60,112 bases of DNA, filler included, from Sphacelaria rigidula (GCA_964200075.2; 5 parts of 5 records of this genome joined end to end with filler, not necessarily neighbours in it); one strand, 5' to 3'. Shown: positions 12,262 to 26,745, counted from the first letter of the whole stretch. The notes: generated by a model not told the origin, from the sequence alone. Numbers and translations are program-made.

Positions 12262-15200
12262 AGCAAAAAGTGGAGCTCTGGCGGGGGCCGCTTCGTCCGC
12301 CGCGGAGGGCACTAGGCGAGGAGCTGGCGGGGTTCAGGGTGCACCGGGTTTCCAGGGGCCGGCCGGGGGCGGGAGTGACCACGGCGGAGATGACGAGCAC
12401 CCGAAGGTGGGAATCGTGATGGTGTTGGTTATGTGGCGTACGTGACTGGGTGCATCATCGCTACGTGGTATACTACCCCATTCCTCCAAATGTTATCCCC
12501 GGGGCGTGAGTTTGCGGACGTGAAATGATTCAAAGCTCGGAGAAGGGGAGGAGGGGGGGGGGGGGGGTGTACGCTGTCAGCTATGGAAATTATTGTGTAT
12601 CCAATGATGTGAAATGTTCACAGCTTACTGTACATGTGCTAGGGCTTCGATGTTATACCTTGATACGTCAGTAACGGGTGTTCGGTCGAAGTCATGTTCG
12701 TGGGAGGAGTTCGAGGTTATGGATTTGTTGTTGTTGGGGCCACATTTTCTGTGAGATAATATGTCATGGGTAGTTGGATGATATTTCCAAGTTGTCGTGG
12801 GATTTGTGAATTTCCCCATATTTGCATATTTTCGAGGCCTCGAACGAAATTGGTGGTGAAATATACCCGTTCGCTAACTTCATTGGCACTGGAGAATGGG
12901 AAATAGTTTGGCCAACATCATATTGCGTCATTTCCTCTTCCTCGACCCGAATCACCGTTGGATATCCCAGAGCTCGTAAAGCTAAGCGGAGAAGATTCAA
13001 TTTTCACAGATTCTATGACCTTCAAGATGACGCTGATGATTTGTAGACTGGTGTATCGGTAGGTTTGACGCGATGATGAATCGCGGGACTTAGCCGACAA
13101 TCGGCGGGAACTTGGGTAGTTTGCCTCGGGTAGGGTGCACGGTCGATCGCACACGCTGCGAGTCGCTGATACAAGGAGATGTATGATTTGGGTCCGCTAT
13201 GTCGGTGCGATGGGAACCTGTCTACAACCTTAATCATCTTGTTGCATTGAGAGCATACCGCATGATGGCGTGGAAGTTTTTTTTGCATCATGCTTCGTGG
13301 TGACAATAGTCACGATTCAAACATGTACTAGTTCGATCACCTGTTGGCTTTTTATCATGTGTTTTCGAATTTTGCCGACGAACTAGTATGCCTCCTTTCC
13401 TGTCTTGTACACTCTGATACGTGGCTGTACCACAGGTGCGATCATTGACCCTGATGCTCGAGGAGAGCAAAAAAGAATGCCGCTACGTGCGCGACCGTAA
13501 CCAGGAGCTGGACAGGGTGGTGGAAGCGCTGCGCAAGACCATCATGCGTCAAGCGGAACTGTCTAGCCAACGCCAAGACCACCCTCAACAAGGTTGGCCT
13601 CTAGTTTACACCCGTCCCACGGTACGAATGGGGGACGGACACATTCGTTCACGCCAGAAGGAGCCATGAAGAGACGTTTCTTCAGGCAACCGTAGGAGAG
13701 AGAGGTCGGAATGCTGTCCATATTAATATTCATTGTCATTTCGGAAGGTCGTGGAACACACGGAGTTGATCGTTTCCGAGGTGGCATGGATACAAGCCGT
13801 CTGCCGAAGCAAATCCCCACGGGATGTCCCTCTACAGGAGTCACGGTGTATTTCTGGTCGGATCTTGGAGTGATGAGACATTCTCCCAGCGTTTGTGGTC
13901 TCAATAGAAAAAAATCACAGCGAGATGTAGTGGCGGGGTGTATCGCGTCACTTGGGAGGGTGGAGGATCCACCCCGGCTGTCCGATCCCTTACGCCCCGA
14001 GTTTTTTCGGAAACGAAATAATTGAACCGAAGCCAATTGAACTGAAAAAATGGGGTGAGAAAGACGTAGCACTCGTGCAAATTTTACAACAGATGAAGAA
14101 AATACGTTCATTTCTGATCGGAGTGTCTGTTCTCTCGGACATGGTCAGTATGTTGGACCTCAGCGAATTCGAGAAGTCGGCTAGACACCTCAGCGAGAGG
14201 ATGCATGATGTATCACACCTTTGGTGCCGACATTTTCCTGTTTTGGGGCCAGCAACGGTGTAGAACGCGCCGTCTCAATTAGTGGAATTTAGCATCTCGC
14301 TTGGTTCAATCCGTCCGCTCAAATACACACCTACACTGATGCATACCCGAACTCTCGCTCATCCGAAGGTCAACCAAGGGGGCGACTGATCCCATATTCC
14401 TATTCACGAAACGGGCAGCAGCAGCAGCAGCAACGCGGGCGAATGCCAGCTCCCGAACTGTCTAACAGACAACAATCGGCGCGATTTGATTCAACGCACT
14501 GCCGCAGCGATAACGGCGATGGCGGTGGGATCGGCACCGGCCACACTGGCTGCTGGGTTGTCGTGTCCCCACACCCCGTGCATGGCCATCCGCGAATGAC
14601 TCGCAGTGTATCGAACAGTAAGCATACCGTCATTGTGCGGGTTGTTTTCCGCCGCGTGCATCCCCTCCCAGCTTTTATTTTGATGGACCCCTGTGCTGGA
14701 TGCAAATGTACTATCAAGAGTCCAGAATACCTTTTGTACCGTGCTTTGTTTTACCGGCTTGATAGGTGCCCAGCTAGGGTGACATGACATCTGCCAATGG
14801 TTACCCATAGGGCCGCGTCCCGCTCCTCATTTCCGAGTGTGCGGAGCCCCGTAGTACATGTTACTTCCCGTGCTCGATTTTGTCGAGCACCTGGAGTCTA
14901 CCCGGCAAGCCATTAAGCGGAAAAGGCAGTTTTTTCAATCGACGAGATCTTGCTCATGACATAGCTAGCTGTTGGTGTCACGAGTACCATCGCCATCGAA
15001 AAACATCAGCTCAACTGATGTTTTTTGTGGCATGTGTACCATGACGCCGTTTTAATGTTCTTTTACTACCGCACCGTTACCTGGCCGAGTACGGGGTGTT
15101 TGTTCATTGATAACGCTGAACGTCAATCATGTCGTCAATGGCGGTATCCACGCCGCCGAACGTTGGGTCATGTGAGAAATGTCTCGGTATGTTGCATTGA

Positions 15201-18200
15201 ATGGTGATCTTGTGGAACGGGGCCTAGACTGCAGCAAAAATCAAGCTGGGCAGAGGTTTGTGAACATCTTGGGGCGTTTTGGTCCGTAACCCTATACGGC
15301 ATGGCAGCCGTCCCGAGGGTTCAATGAGCGCTTTTTCGAAATGGAATGTCCCGAGGACAAAAGATCCCGAGGCTCGCTCGAGTGTTCGTTCGTTTTGTCG
15401 AAAAGTATGCACCGGGAGTGCGTTCCCCCAGAGTTGACGTCCTTTGAAACGGTTGCCTCCGACATGATCGTTATTCCGCGTGGAGTGCTCAAACCATGCA
15501 GGGCGTGCTACTACCCATATCTCCACCCGTTCTGCTGACCCCAAACACCCTCTTCCATGCCAACTGCGACCTTGAACCTTGCAACCGTGAAGGTCCACCG
15601 CGTAATCAACCGCATGTATGGCGTGGTGGTGGCGGGGGCGGGGGGGGTCGCACCCAACACTATCATCCACAGTCCATGGCCGGGGGAGTGCCTGGTAGTA
15701 GGGGCTCTGCGTCGACTGCGGGGGTTCACCATGATGGTCATGGGCCGGGGGGAGGTGGAGGCGGCGTGGGTGGTCACATGCACCACCATCACCATCACGG
15801 TGGCGGGGGTGGCGGGCGAGATCTCGGTGGGAGTGGGGGTCGCCACGAGGAGATGCTGCCTCCGCATCGCCACCCTGTCGTTTCGAGGGCACTCAGTGAT
15901 GACAGCGGGAGGTAAAGAGGGTAACACGTGATTGATAATGGATTGATTGTCGCATGTTGATTAATCCGCTAAGAGTCGTACTCCAGGCGTGGTCGAGAGA
16001 CATGAGTTGTCTCATCTGCTGAGAGTCATACTCCAGCCCTGGTTGAGAGAAGGACGATACAAAAGCCCGAGGTCGACGATTAGATGTAAAAAAACGCTCG
16101 TGGGCAGTCGAAAAAACAGAATAGTGAAAAAGCAGAGAACAGAAGGAAAATGACAACGGAGAAGAAAAAACAAGGGGAAGGAAAAGGAGGATGTGCTGGT
16201 GTTCAATTTCCGGGGGGCGAGGTATTCTTCATAACTTTCACGCTCTGGCTGGTCATCTGTGTCGTCTGATCATTTGGAATAGTTTTCTCGTGGGAGAATT
16301 TACGGTGGAAGTCCGATGCCCGCCTATCTGAGGACGCTCAAGGGTCAATTTTTTTCCAACCGCGTTGATACCTCTTAACCTCCGTGTCTGTCCACTAAAC
16401 TGCATGTTTAGTGCTTCGTATACAGATACTCCCCCCGAAAGGACGCCTGGTTGCTTCACCCTCAAAGGGTTTACTAATGCGTCGTTTCTTCCCTCAATAC
16501 ATGAGTCGTTTATATAACAGCTCGCGATTCGAAGACGAGAGGTATCGAGAGAGGGAAGTCTCTCGAGCCAAAAGTGCAGGAAGCATATGCGGCAATGTGT
16601 TGGTGCTTGTGGCTAGCACCACCCTCCGTGTGAAGACATTTTGCCACCGCACCGTGGTGGCCGAACGATGAAACCACTCGCTTGTGAGGCTGGCGGGCAT
16701 CGGGCTCAACCCGACAGCCAATAGCTATGGGCTGGTCCCATTGCTTGATCCCAAAAGTTATCTCCTGCGCACATGAGAAAACAGCAGGAAGAATTAGCTC
16801 AACAAGTGGGTTCCCTGCAATCGCACGCACAGCAAACCTGGAAATGTGGATCGCATTCTAATCGAGCATCCGGGCACATCATCATTTCGAGCTGTGCGTT
16901 GGAGTAATACTGAACTTTGGTGGTGACCTCTGTCCCCTGTCTAGCTCATCCATTTGTGTTTCTCCCTCCTACGTTCAACTTGATGATCTTCACAGACGGT
17001 TTCAAACTGCCGCCTGTACGGGCAAATTTTCGGTGGCCAGGAGCACTTACGGCTGTCATCCATTTCGACACAAGTCCCCTTCAGCCGGGCGTTTCTACCG
17101 CACGAACTCACTCGAACTCGACCCCTGTTGCGTCTCTCTCTCACCTCGGATTTTTGCACGGTCATGTTTTTTGCTAGGCACGGAGGCGTTTCTTCAGCAA
17201 CCGGGGGACGGGCGGGATTGGGACCCTCTGGCATGAGGAATTCTGGGATTGGGCGAGGTGGTCCCGGTCCAAGACCTCACTCGCATCAGGTGCCGGTACT
17301 CGCGTCTTTCGTGATTTTTTCTTGTTTTTTGTTCCAGAAACTTGTCTTCGTGTTCCAATCGTCTTCTGTTTTGACCCTTGAACGGCGAGAGGAGGGTCAT
17401 CTGTCGAATCGGCATCAATTTCAATTGAAAACAGTATGCATGATCCAGACGGACTACCCTGGCGATCTCAGGGTAGACGTGGACATAGCATTGCTGTGTG
17501 TTTTGGAAAAAAAATATTTCCCCCAACAGTGCGTGTGATGTGCTTCGCTTGGACAATCACGTCCCCCCCCCCCTGTTTTGTACTTTCAATATATTGGTGT
17601 TGGTGTTGGTGTTGGTGTTGACAGCGGCCGTTCGGTGGAAGCGCGTCTTTTCGGGGTGATGTGTGTTGGTATGATTTGATGCGGTTGTGTACATCGGGAG
17701 ATGTGTGCAGCCGATCTGAGGGTTCGATCCCCACATCTGGCGGAAGCCGAGTTATGACGAATATGTTGCTCGTCGCGGCCTCAAGTATGAGGTGAAGGCA
17801 CAAGCCCGGACGAACCTAGGTCATGAGCTATTGGATAATGACCGTTATGTCGAGCTTTTTAGTCGGTGACGGCAAAAGTCGCAATATCAGTGCTGAACCC
17901 CCGGTACGTTATGATACGGTACCCCCCCCGTCACCGATACTGGCGTATCGAGCGCGCACGATCTGTACCAGACAGCATTCGCCAAGGGATTGGACTATTC
18001 AGACTCTCTATAGCGTAGCGTATTGTGTACCCCTCGAACGGTTTTTGGAAGTGTGGTGTTTTGGTCCGCTCGCCTTCGCGAGAACCCGATGGTGCGGGGC
18101 ATGACATGAACACAATCTCTTTCGTGCCTTGCAGTACCAATCTTCAGCAGCTGACACGATGCCAGTGAGGAGATACACCTACGACGAACCCACCCTGTCC

Positions 18201-21200
18201 TCGGACAATCGCGTGGCCATGGCACCACCGCACCAACATCAGCAGCACGGTTTACCATCCTTCGGGAAAATGGAGGCTGCAAACCGGGATACGCCCGACA
18301 GGTAATATAGGGGTTGTTGCTCATGCTCTCGTTTCATTGTTGTTTTTTTCCCTTCATTTTGCGGAATTATATGTGTTATACCCTGGGCAATTTGTGGGCA
18401 CTAGCCGCGATAGAAATCGTACTGCGTAAAGTATAGGCCTATTGAAACCATTGTCGGTCCGACCATACTATACATCATGGCATACAATAGCTACAAAAGA
18501 TCTACACATTACGCACTGCATTTCCGCTACGCGTGTAGTGTTGCAACCATTGACCACGTGCTGTCCGCGGTGTGATGTATATGTACATGTGCATGTTTTC
18601 GAAAAGCAAAGTATCCCCCGCACAATTCCCGTTGGTGTTCACCGTCCAACTCCACGGTTCAAGATATGCTAGTGACTGCTGTTATCTATCGGGATGTATC
18701 GAGATATCGATTGGTGCAATACTGCGAAGGTGCTCGGGGTACAAAAAAGGGTATATAGTGGGGTATGTTGGGGGTGTCGATGCTCTGGCTCCCTTGAAAT
18801 ATTGAGTATATTCCGCATTTGACACCCTCCATATCCCCCGTAGTATTGGGTATGTCGGGGGCTTCACCATTCTTTCTCTCTGATTTTTTTTGCCGTCTTT
18901 TTTCTCTTTTGGTTTGTGTCCACGGTTGTCGAGTACACATGTTTACCGGTACCACGTTTACTTTCATATTCGGAATATACTTCAATCTCTCTTCCTCGGG
19001 AGAGACGAGCCTTTTGTCTTGGAGGATTGACCCATCTCTACCCGGGTTTATGCCTTTCATATCGCCATATCGCGGACTGGATCATGAAAGCTCCCGCACC
19101 GCGTTGACTCACTTCCAGTGAAGTCCTTCTTCTACCCTCACATCCTCGAATTTTCGTACGTGACACGTCGGACAACCGATGAGCTACCTTAAACAAGTAG
19201 GCGAAGAGGACTCTTGCATCCGTTGAAAAAATACGAGACAGCGGGTCCGAGGAGCCAAAGTGCGACGTTTGCGCCACTACTCTGCGTGCTCGCGTCCAGG
19301 GTTGTAGGAAGCAAATGTGGGAAAAGGTGCCAAATAAGCTAGCTCTTGATGTGAATCATAGTACTAGCAAGAAGCAATAGTTCACACGTGGAAGAGATAG
19401 ATAATGATCCCTCTGAAGATTACCCCTTCTCAGTATGCTGACTCGGATCATTTGGGTCCCCTTTTCCCTGTTTGCTCCTTCCAGCGCCGGACGCCAAGCA
19501 CGACGAGTGGGGCACAGGTTGCGCTTTGGCTTGTTCTGACTCAGCGGTCACATGTTTTGTGATTTTGGACCACGGGATTCGAGATTCTCTCCATCACAAG
19601 TTGTTTCAGACAGGTCATGATATGTCCGACGTCTGCAAATTTCGAACGACGGAAACCAGATCCCGGCTCGAGAGTAGAACAGAAAGCAGATGCTCCCACG
19701 AGGAAAATACAACAAGATACGTTTTGCGCGTTAGGCAAAACTCTCCGGTATGCTCCGTGTCTTCACTGTCTCTTTAATTGTGCCTTAACTGTGTCCACAG
19801 GAGTAATTCGCAGTCGGCGCCACCCGGGGGTGAGAGGGGGGGTGGACTCCAACGACAAACGAGTGCTGGGCCTGGAGTGATGGGGGACGTCGGCGGCACG
19901 GAGTATGCAGCCCCCGTGCCGAGGCACCACCACGGAGGCAGGCAAGTTTGCGGCGCTGGAAAAGTCCACGGTTGATTTGATAAAGTGGACTAATGAATCG
20001 ATTCTATTGTCACTGATAATATGTTGTAAGGGATTGTACTGCAGGATCATTCATGCATCAGAGGAGCAAAGCCACGAGCGCTCGCATGATACTTGACATG
20101 TCTGAAACATTTGCCTTGTGTCCACAAAAGCTGCTGAAGAGGTATTGCCTGCACCCACTCACTTTCAGCAACATGATTTGTAGACGGTGGTGATACGATT
20201 GAAGCAGCCCGCAAAATTGGGAGGGAGACTTGTCTTTCCGTCTCTTGCGGGGCCGGATTGCATTGCTACCCTTTGTGCTGTATCCCCGTACTTTGTGTTG
20301 TATGTGGATTGGGAAAGTGCTGTCACTCTAGTGCGGCTCCTGCGGTGTGTTTCGTCTGGCGTATTCTGGTCAGCTCAACATTGTATGTGTCCCCTGATTG
20401 ACGTCCGCGGTGTCTGTTCCTATCCTACGGATGAACCAAGGCACGATGATGCACCAAAGTAACCACTGATTCAGTGCATTTGAGCGCCACTTGTTGGTTG
20501 TGCCCGTTGCTGCCGTTTTGCAGAGTAGATGATGCTAATGCTGTACCGGACGTGTTGTAATGCGAGCGGGGACCGCGTCCTTTTTGGACCGCATCGTAGT
20601 TCAAAACACCCCGGGACGGACGTTTTTCGAGACCGCTCGGGTCAGTCCATGCAGGAGCCGCGCCCCTGACCCGAACCCGAACCCTAGCCATAAGGGTGTT
20701 TGATTTCCAAAAAGCGCGCGGTCCGCACACGCATTACAGTATCTTTGTTTTGAAAAAAAAAAACCACGACCCACTTTTAACTGCTCACGTCCGGGGTCCT
20801 ACGAGTGTTCGGCCCCAGGTATGTGCCGTTTGATATTTTTTTCGCTCGACTGAACCTATTCGTATCATTTCGATGATCAAGTCTATGGTTCAGCTTTTGA
20901 ATTTTGTAGGTATTTGTACCGTCACAGCGAAAAACCGGTCTTTCAGACCATATGCAGTCAAAAACGCCCCTGTGACAAACGTTTTTTTTTTCCCGTCTTG
21001 TTCATACAACACAAAATTGGAAATTGCGTACCGACCACGATCTGTTTCTCTTCCCAACGCCTGGTGACTGCCAACATTTCGGGCGAAAATGATGAATAAT
21101 CTCCGTCAAAATCTCAGATGAAAATGAATGAACTGATCGAATATTGACTACTTCACCCTCACCCACAACTCCTCTGTCAGGCCGTACTCACAGCTCAGAA

Positions 21201-23544
21201 ATATTATACCCTGTTTTATTTTATGTTTGAAGTGTAGTCTCCCACTTGTTTCACTGTTTTACCGCAAATTCGCACAGGCATGGCAACGCTCCCGGTTCTT
21301 CAGCGGTTGACCTTGTTTCGGGGGGAGGTGAGACAGGGTGATGCTTCCTCGAGACGGAGGATTGTCGCTGGGGAACGAAGGTGGTCGAAAATTTACCCAG
21401 TGGCCATTGTCCCAACGACGATCAGACGTGCGCCATTGTTTGGCGCCATCAAATCGTTATCGCCGATTTCGTGGATACATGGCAAAAATAGCAAGTCCCA
21501 CCGACACACATCCCCTCTTGTATTTTTTTTCAAATTATTTGCGACCAATAAATCGCCCAGGGGCTCAGTGGGACCGTGATCCCGCGCGTAATACGATGGC
21601 GTTCGCCAGCATGAAGTACCCTCCGAATACGTTTCCTTCCGGAGGGGCCTACGGGGAGAGCACGTTGTTCGAACAGGTCAGTGACGTCACCATGCGAGGG
21701 TGTGGATCTGTACGAAAATGAGAAATGTTGTTCATCGACAGATGGGTTTATTGTAGCCACCGGGAGAGTCCCACAGGCATGGGCCACGAGGGTGCAGTCC
21801 GAGAATTGGATCATGACTCATAGTACCTACCCATTTGGCCGAACTGAGGCACTAGCAGCCAGTTTCGGCGGACGTGAGGTTGGAATCTCGATAGGAATGG
21901 CCTTTGTGTGCGGGATGTGGTTCCCGCTACCGAAGAATGATACGTGGTACGTGAACACTGACGGGTCGCGCTGGTGCTGGTGGTCGTAATCCAGTGCCAA
22001 GTAATGCAGGGGCAGGCGACAGTTTTGGATATGCCTTGGATTTTTTATGCTCACGAATGAAGATGGGCTTGCCGCAAAATAAGGGTGCCAGATGAATGAA
22101 CCGCTTGAGCGTCGGATGCGATGGTGTTGACCTCACCATGGCCGAAGTAGAGATGTGAGAAACACCTGCTTTGGTGGGACGGTATATGCCAGTTACAGAC
22201 GATTGGCTGGACAACAGACGGATAAAGCAGTCATTGCGGATGGTGTCGTTAACAGGCAAGAGCTGCTCAGCTATAGCGTCGGGGTCACCACCCGTGACCG
22301 TGAGGCGGCCGCACTATCCCGAGAGGACGTGGAGCCCGAAAGGGATACACGACGTCATTAAACACACGAACATCATATATTTTGCTTGTCCCTGTATCCT
22401 TCTTGTCCATATTTTCTTGGATTCCACTCTCCCTTGATGATTATCTCTGTATGTTTGTCATCACTCAAGCTCGTTTTTTGTTCTTGGTGCTTAAGTTTAT
22501 CTGCCTGGGGGTTACCTCTAATTGGTGAAATTGGTGGGATCTCCATGACTGCTGTGTTGGTATGAAACAGCACTTTGATCAACATGAAGAGTCATATGGT
22601 GGAAATGGCGTATTCCGCCAAGTTGCGGTGGGTTAGCAGCCCGTCGCGGCCGCGCCACCTTGGCATCCGGCGTACGATTGACAGAGGTTTGATGCAACGA
22701 CGTGAGAATGTCACTCATCCAGGAATCCTGGCTCTTCGTTGTCCGTGTCCTCCGAGTCATTTTGCAAGCTAACCCGGATGTTTTGTAACGAGTCCGGGTA
22801 GTCCCAGGCGTGCTCTCGGATCCGTTGGACTCACAACGACAGCGGTTGTGAATGATCTATTGTGGGGGTACTGCACTTCCGTAGGGCCGCAGTGTGGAAC
22901 GACCCTCCCTCACCCTGTATATACTGTAACTTGATGTTCTGGCTTCTCGAGCACTGCAGTTTGGATAACTTCCGACTACCGTTGTGTCGGTTACCGACCC
23001 AATCGCCCAGAGGTAGTTCCCATCGTTGTGATTTTCTTTCAAATCAGGTGCATCGACAGCAGGCATCATGTTGACGGGAACAACAGAAGGTTATGCTGTC
23101 ATGGTCATGCAGTAGTTTGATGGTGCAAGCACGACTAGATGAGTCCTGAGCGTAGCATTTGCTCTGTAGGTGTTTATTGCACACGTGCATGAATCGGCAG
23201 ACCGTGAGGGAACACGCGAAGAGACAGCAGCATCAAACTCCCCCTCAGCGCTATGGAAGCCAATATTTTATGTGTCTCATCTCCCTTGCTAACATGGATC
23301 ATTCTCGATGGCCTGCACTTACTCCAGCGGCGGGGAACGTCCTCCTGGTATCCATGTGTTGTCTTGTAGGTGCATCGCCAACAGACTTCAGATGGCAAAA
23401 GCAACAGCAGCATCAACGCCGCCAGAGCTCTGGGCGGAGACCTGACGGGCAGGGCCGTTGGGCTAGGAGAGAGGGGTGTGGGGGAAATGGGTGGCAGAGG
23501 TGGGCAGATGAGGCATTCTCAGAGTCAAGGGCTGCTTAGTCAAG
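12262..23544 (+). CDS. Multi-exon gene of unknown function: short coiled coil followed by a long Gly/His/Pro/Ser-rich, probably disordered region (partial)
   Basis: Candidate exons 12262-12406, 13436-13592, 15593-15911, 16521-16541, 17178-17289, 18135-18301, 19485-19517, 19801-19941, 21278-21327, 21561-21676 and 23370-23544 have AG acceptors and GT donors (one GC). They chain into one stop-free frame (phases 0,1,2,2,0,2,2,2,1,0). Exon 2 reads VRSLTLMLEESKKECRYVRDRNQELDRVVEALRKTIMRQ, which is coiled-coil-like. No family recognised. Confidence 0.7.
20556..20738. mobile_element. TGT...ACA MITE family G, degenerate copy
   Basis: TGTAATGCG...CGCATTACA ends, colinear with 25220-25406; internal ACCCGA/ACCCTA units; TSD unclear. 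Confidence 0.65.
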
Positions 23545-23798
23545 GTGAATACCTCCTTGGGGTTTTGGTTGATTCCCTCACTGTTCGTACATTGAGCACC
23601 CCCCTTCTTGTATCTACCCCCCCATTTTTTTTTTTTCACGGCGAAGAGTGAGTGAAAATAAGACACGCTCGTTTCGATTCCGAGTTGATGGGGGGAGGGG
23701 GAAGAATCTAACAACACTCGGGGATATCATCCATATTGACAGCGCCTTATTCAATCTTCTTCTTGGAGTGAATATTACGTAGCGTGTAACCTTGATAA

Positions 23799-23830
<32 letters not shown>

Positions 23831-25219
23831 TTTTCGCAATTTGGACCTCTCGCCTTCCTCGGGACGAGTCCGTGGTCTCAAGGGATCAACCCATCTCTCC
23901 CCGATACACGCTTCAGAAAGCCAACAGACGAGGGCTAAAAGAAATAGACGGGGTAGGAAGATGTACAAATGGAGAATCGATTAGATNNNNNNNNNNNNNN
24001 NNNNNNNNNNNNNNNNNNNNNNNNNNNNNNTTAATTAATTAANNNNNNNNNNNNNNNNNNNNNNNNNNNNNNNNNNNNNNNNNNNNGGCGCATCTGCTGT
24101 ATATCGGTATTCGCTTAGTTTAATGTGCTAAGTGGACGAAAGGAGGTGTTCTCCGATGCATTTAGTACCTGCGTTGCGTCCGACTAGTGCACCGGGTTTC
24201 ACGGTGGTGACTTTACCCACGGTCGAGGACTCAAGGAGCCAAGTTCCCGTTCAAAAGCGCAATGATTCTTGCATGCGGGCCAAGTGCTGGCATTCGGAAA
24301 CAGAATGCGGGCATTCCTCATTCCGGTACGGTATATTTTTGTTTTTCTTATTTCGGCGCAGGACTGGCATTGCCTATTTTACCACAGCGTTCAAATTAGA
24401 ATTCCAGCCCTTGCAGGTAAATGAACAACAACAGTCATTGGGATACACCGATGAGCCGCACCGGATCAGTGGCCTGCACAGATGTGTCTGCCAACTTTAC
24501 GCATGCGGAACAATTCTATACTCATCACGACTTGATTGGCATTATTATTTGATTCGATCGATCGATGTTCGCTCATCAACTGATGCCGTGAAGAAGCAGC
24601 TGTGGTCACAAGGTAGACGTGCATACTCCCTCAGGAAAAGTCGGGCAAGGTGAAAACATGAAATGGGAGACAAGACGTAGAGAAGATCTAGACAGCGGGG
24701 AAAATGGAGACGAAGTCAAAAACATGAAAAGCGTGATGCATATGCCTGGTACCGGTTCCGGGAAACCCCGACATGCACTCGCCACGGCTCTAGGTGAGGA
24801 GGATCGTAAAAATAGTTCAGCCCTTTTTCAACAGGTTGTGACTCAGTCATCCAAGGGCCGCACCCTTTAGCCAGGAACTCTCGTCCGCCAGCTCCGCGGA
24901 AGCGACACCCAAAACGCTAGTACGGCTTCAATGTCCAACTGTGAAGAGAAAAAAACGAAACGCATGATCCGGGGAATACGGACGAGGTGTGAAAACCTAG
25001 TGGATATTTTTTTTTCCTAAATTGTCACGATTTTCTTTCATTTTCTTTTCGTCAACTTTGATGCAAAAATTTGATCAATGAAGACTGTTTTGATTATTTC
25101 CTATTAACGTTGTTGCAGGAAACTGACCAATAGACACTGACCAAAATCGAAGAGTCTGGTGGGCTTCGCGGGATTCGTGTATCTGCTTCTACATTGCTCC
25201 TTGTCCGCCCTGTCCCGAT

Positions 25220-25406
25220 TGTAGTGCGTGAGAGGACCGCGTGCTTAGGGGACCGCATCGTAGTTCGAAACACCTCAGGATCGACATTTTTTCAAACCAA
25301 TCCAGCCAGTTTCTGCAGGGACCACGCCCCTGACCCTAACCCCAACTATAGGGATGTTCGAATTCCGATGCGGTCCTCCAAGCACGCCGTCCTCTCACGC
25401 AATAAA
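25220..25406. mobile_element. TGT...ACA MITE family G (Ginger-like, 5-bp TSD)
   Basis: TIR of about 40 bp and TSD CCGAT/CCGAT. An empty-site paralogue of the host repeat lies at about 25568-25590. Confidence 0.8.
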
Positions 25407-26168
25407 CCGATGACCGCAGATGCCGGAGGGCATTTTTTCGAAAAGTGTCCTGATTTTTTTCCCCCCGTCAATTCTGCTGCAAGAAGTTGATCAATTAACA
25501 CTGGCAAAACCGAGAGTCTGGTGGGCTTTGCGGGGTTCGTATACTTGATTCTGCTCCTTGCCCCGTCTGTCCCGAATACCTCAGATGCCGGGGGGCATTT
25601 TGTCGCAACAGGTCCTGTTTTTTTTATATTTTTTTCTGTTGACTTCATTGCAAGGAATCGATTGAAAAAATATGAAAATTCTGAAAAGTCTGGTTTAGTT
25701 ATATATCTTCGCTAGTAGAGAGACCTGCTGAAGATGAGCTTGGGGCGGGCGGCGTGTTCGCCATCTCAGCGGTCTTCATGCCAAGGATTTCTGTCCACAG
25801 CAACTGACCGCATCTGCCAACGCTTCGGCAATGAACTAGGGGACAGACGGCTGGGTGTCCGCCCCCCCCTCTACAACTCAAATTTTCGATCTTGGGGCCT
25901 ACATGTCCAGAATTGGTTTTGACGCTGCCCCCTGATAGCCGTGGAAAAACAACATCGTGCATGAATCACCAAGAGCTGGCGCCAGGTGTGATTCTCTTGT
26001 GCTGTGGGTGTCTCTGCGTGCTTGTTCAGGTAGGTCACTTCACCACTTGGTTGGTATCGGAATTTTCTCGGAAATTCATGATTACGAATAACACTCATAA
26101 CCGTGGTACACTCTACTGTGTTCGGGTTGGGTTGTGGTTGTGTATACTTGTCCCAGTTTCGTGTTCCA

Positions 26169-26385
26169 CACACGCGGCCAATTGGCTTCCCCCACAATTC
26201 CTGCGGGTCGGTCAACGTTTCGAGCCTCCAGAGAAATCAAACGCCTCCGGAGGGGTGCGCGGCCCTCCAGAGAGGTACTTGGTTTCGTCCAGAGGGATTG
26301 AAGGCCTCCGGAGGCTCGTTTTGCCTCTGGAGGGCCACGTATCCCTCCGGAGGTATTTTGGGGGGTAGCCAAATGGCCGCGTGTG
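26169..26385. mobile_element. CACAC-ended MITE (CMC/EnSpm-like, 2-bp TSD), copy 1
   Basis: TIR of about 30 bp beginning CACACGCGGCCA; flanks CA/CA; internal CCTCCGGAGG palindromes. Confidence 0.7.
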
Positions 26386-26669
26386 CAGTGATGAGCAGTA
26401 GACGCAGCTTGTCCAGAACGTGTTTTGTTCCAAAATCGGCTGAAACGCGTCGATTTGAGCTCTGGCAACGCACACTTTGCCTAGATAATACTCTGCACCC
26501 CCTTGCCCGAGTGTTCTCGGTATGCCTTGGTCGGGGTTAGGGTTAGCGTTAGGGTTGGGGCATCTCCAAAGTGCGTCAACCATTTTTTCCGACCAGTTGG
26601 TAAAGAGGCCTCGCTTGTTTTGCTTGTTTATTTTGCTATTTTTTCCGTCTCAAAAAAATTGTGCCGATC

Positions 26670-26745
26670 GCCCTGGTGGCTCAGTTGGTAACCTCGAAAC
26701 CTGACGGTTGGGTCATGGGTTCCAATATCGGAGCAATCTGGGATT
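26670..26745 (+). pseudogene. tRNA-derived remnant (SINE head or tRNA pseudogene)
   Basis: A-box TGGCTCAGTTGG and degenerate B-box GGGTTCCAAT; no intact cloverleaf. Confidence 0.45.

Noticed and set aside
12700..13350. Possible copia RT/RNase H traces (YPFANFIG, LRGDNS, KHV-like)
   Set aside because: Too degenerate and needs several frameshifts; cannot be supported without a search.
14466..14560. Twin-arginine-like signal reading RRDLIQRTAAAITAMAVGSAPATLAA, and a possible terminal exon at 14419-14465
   Set aside because: It lies within an inferred intron of the plus-strand gene and has no supporting exon chain or start codon.
24634..24793. Phase-compatible exon candidate continuing the plus-strand gene
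   Set aside because: It is across a linker and has no neighbouring exons, so it could be chance.
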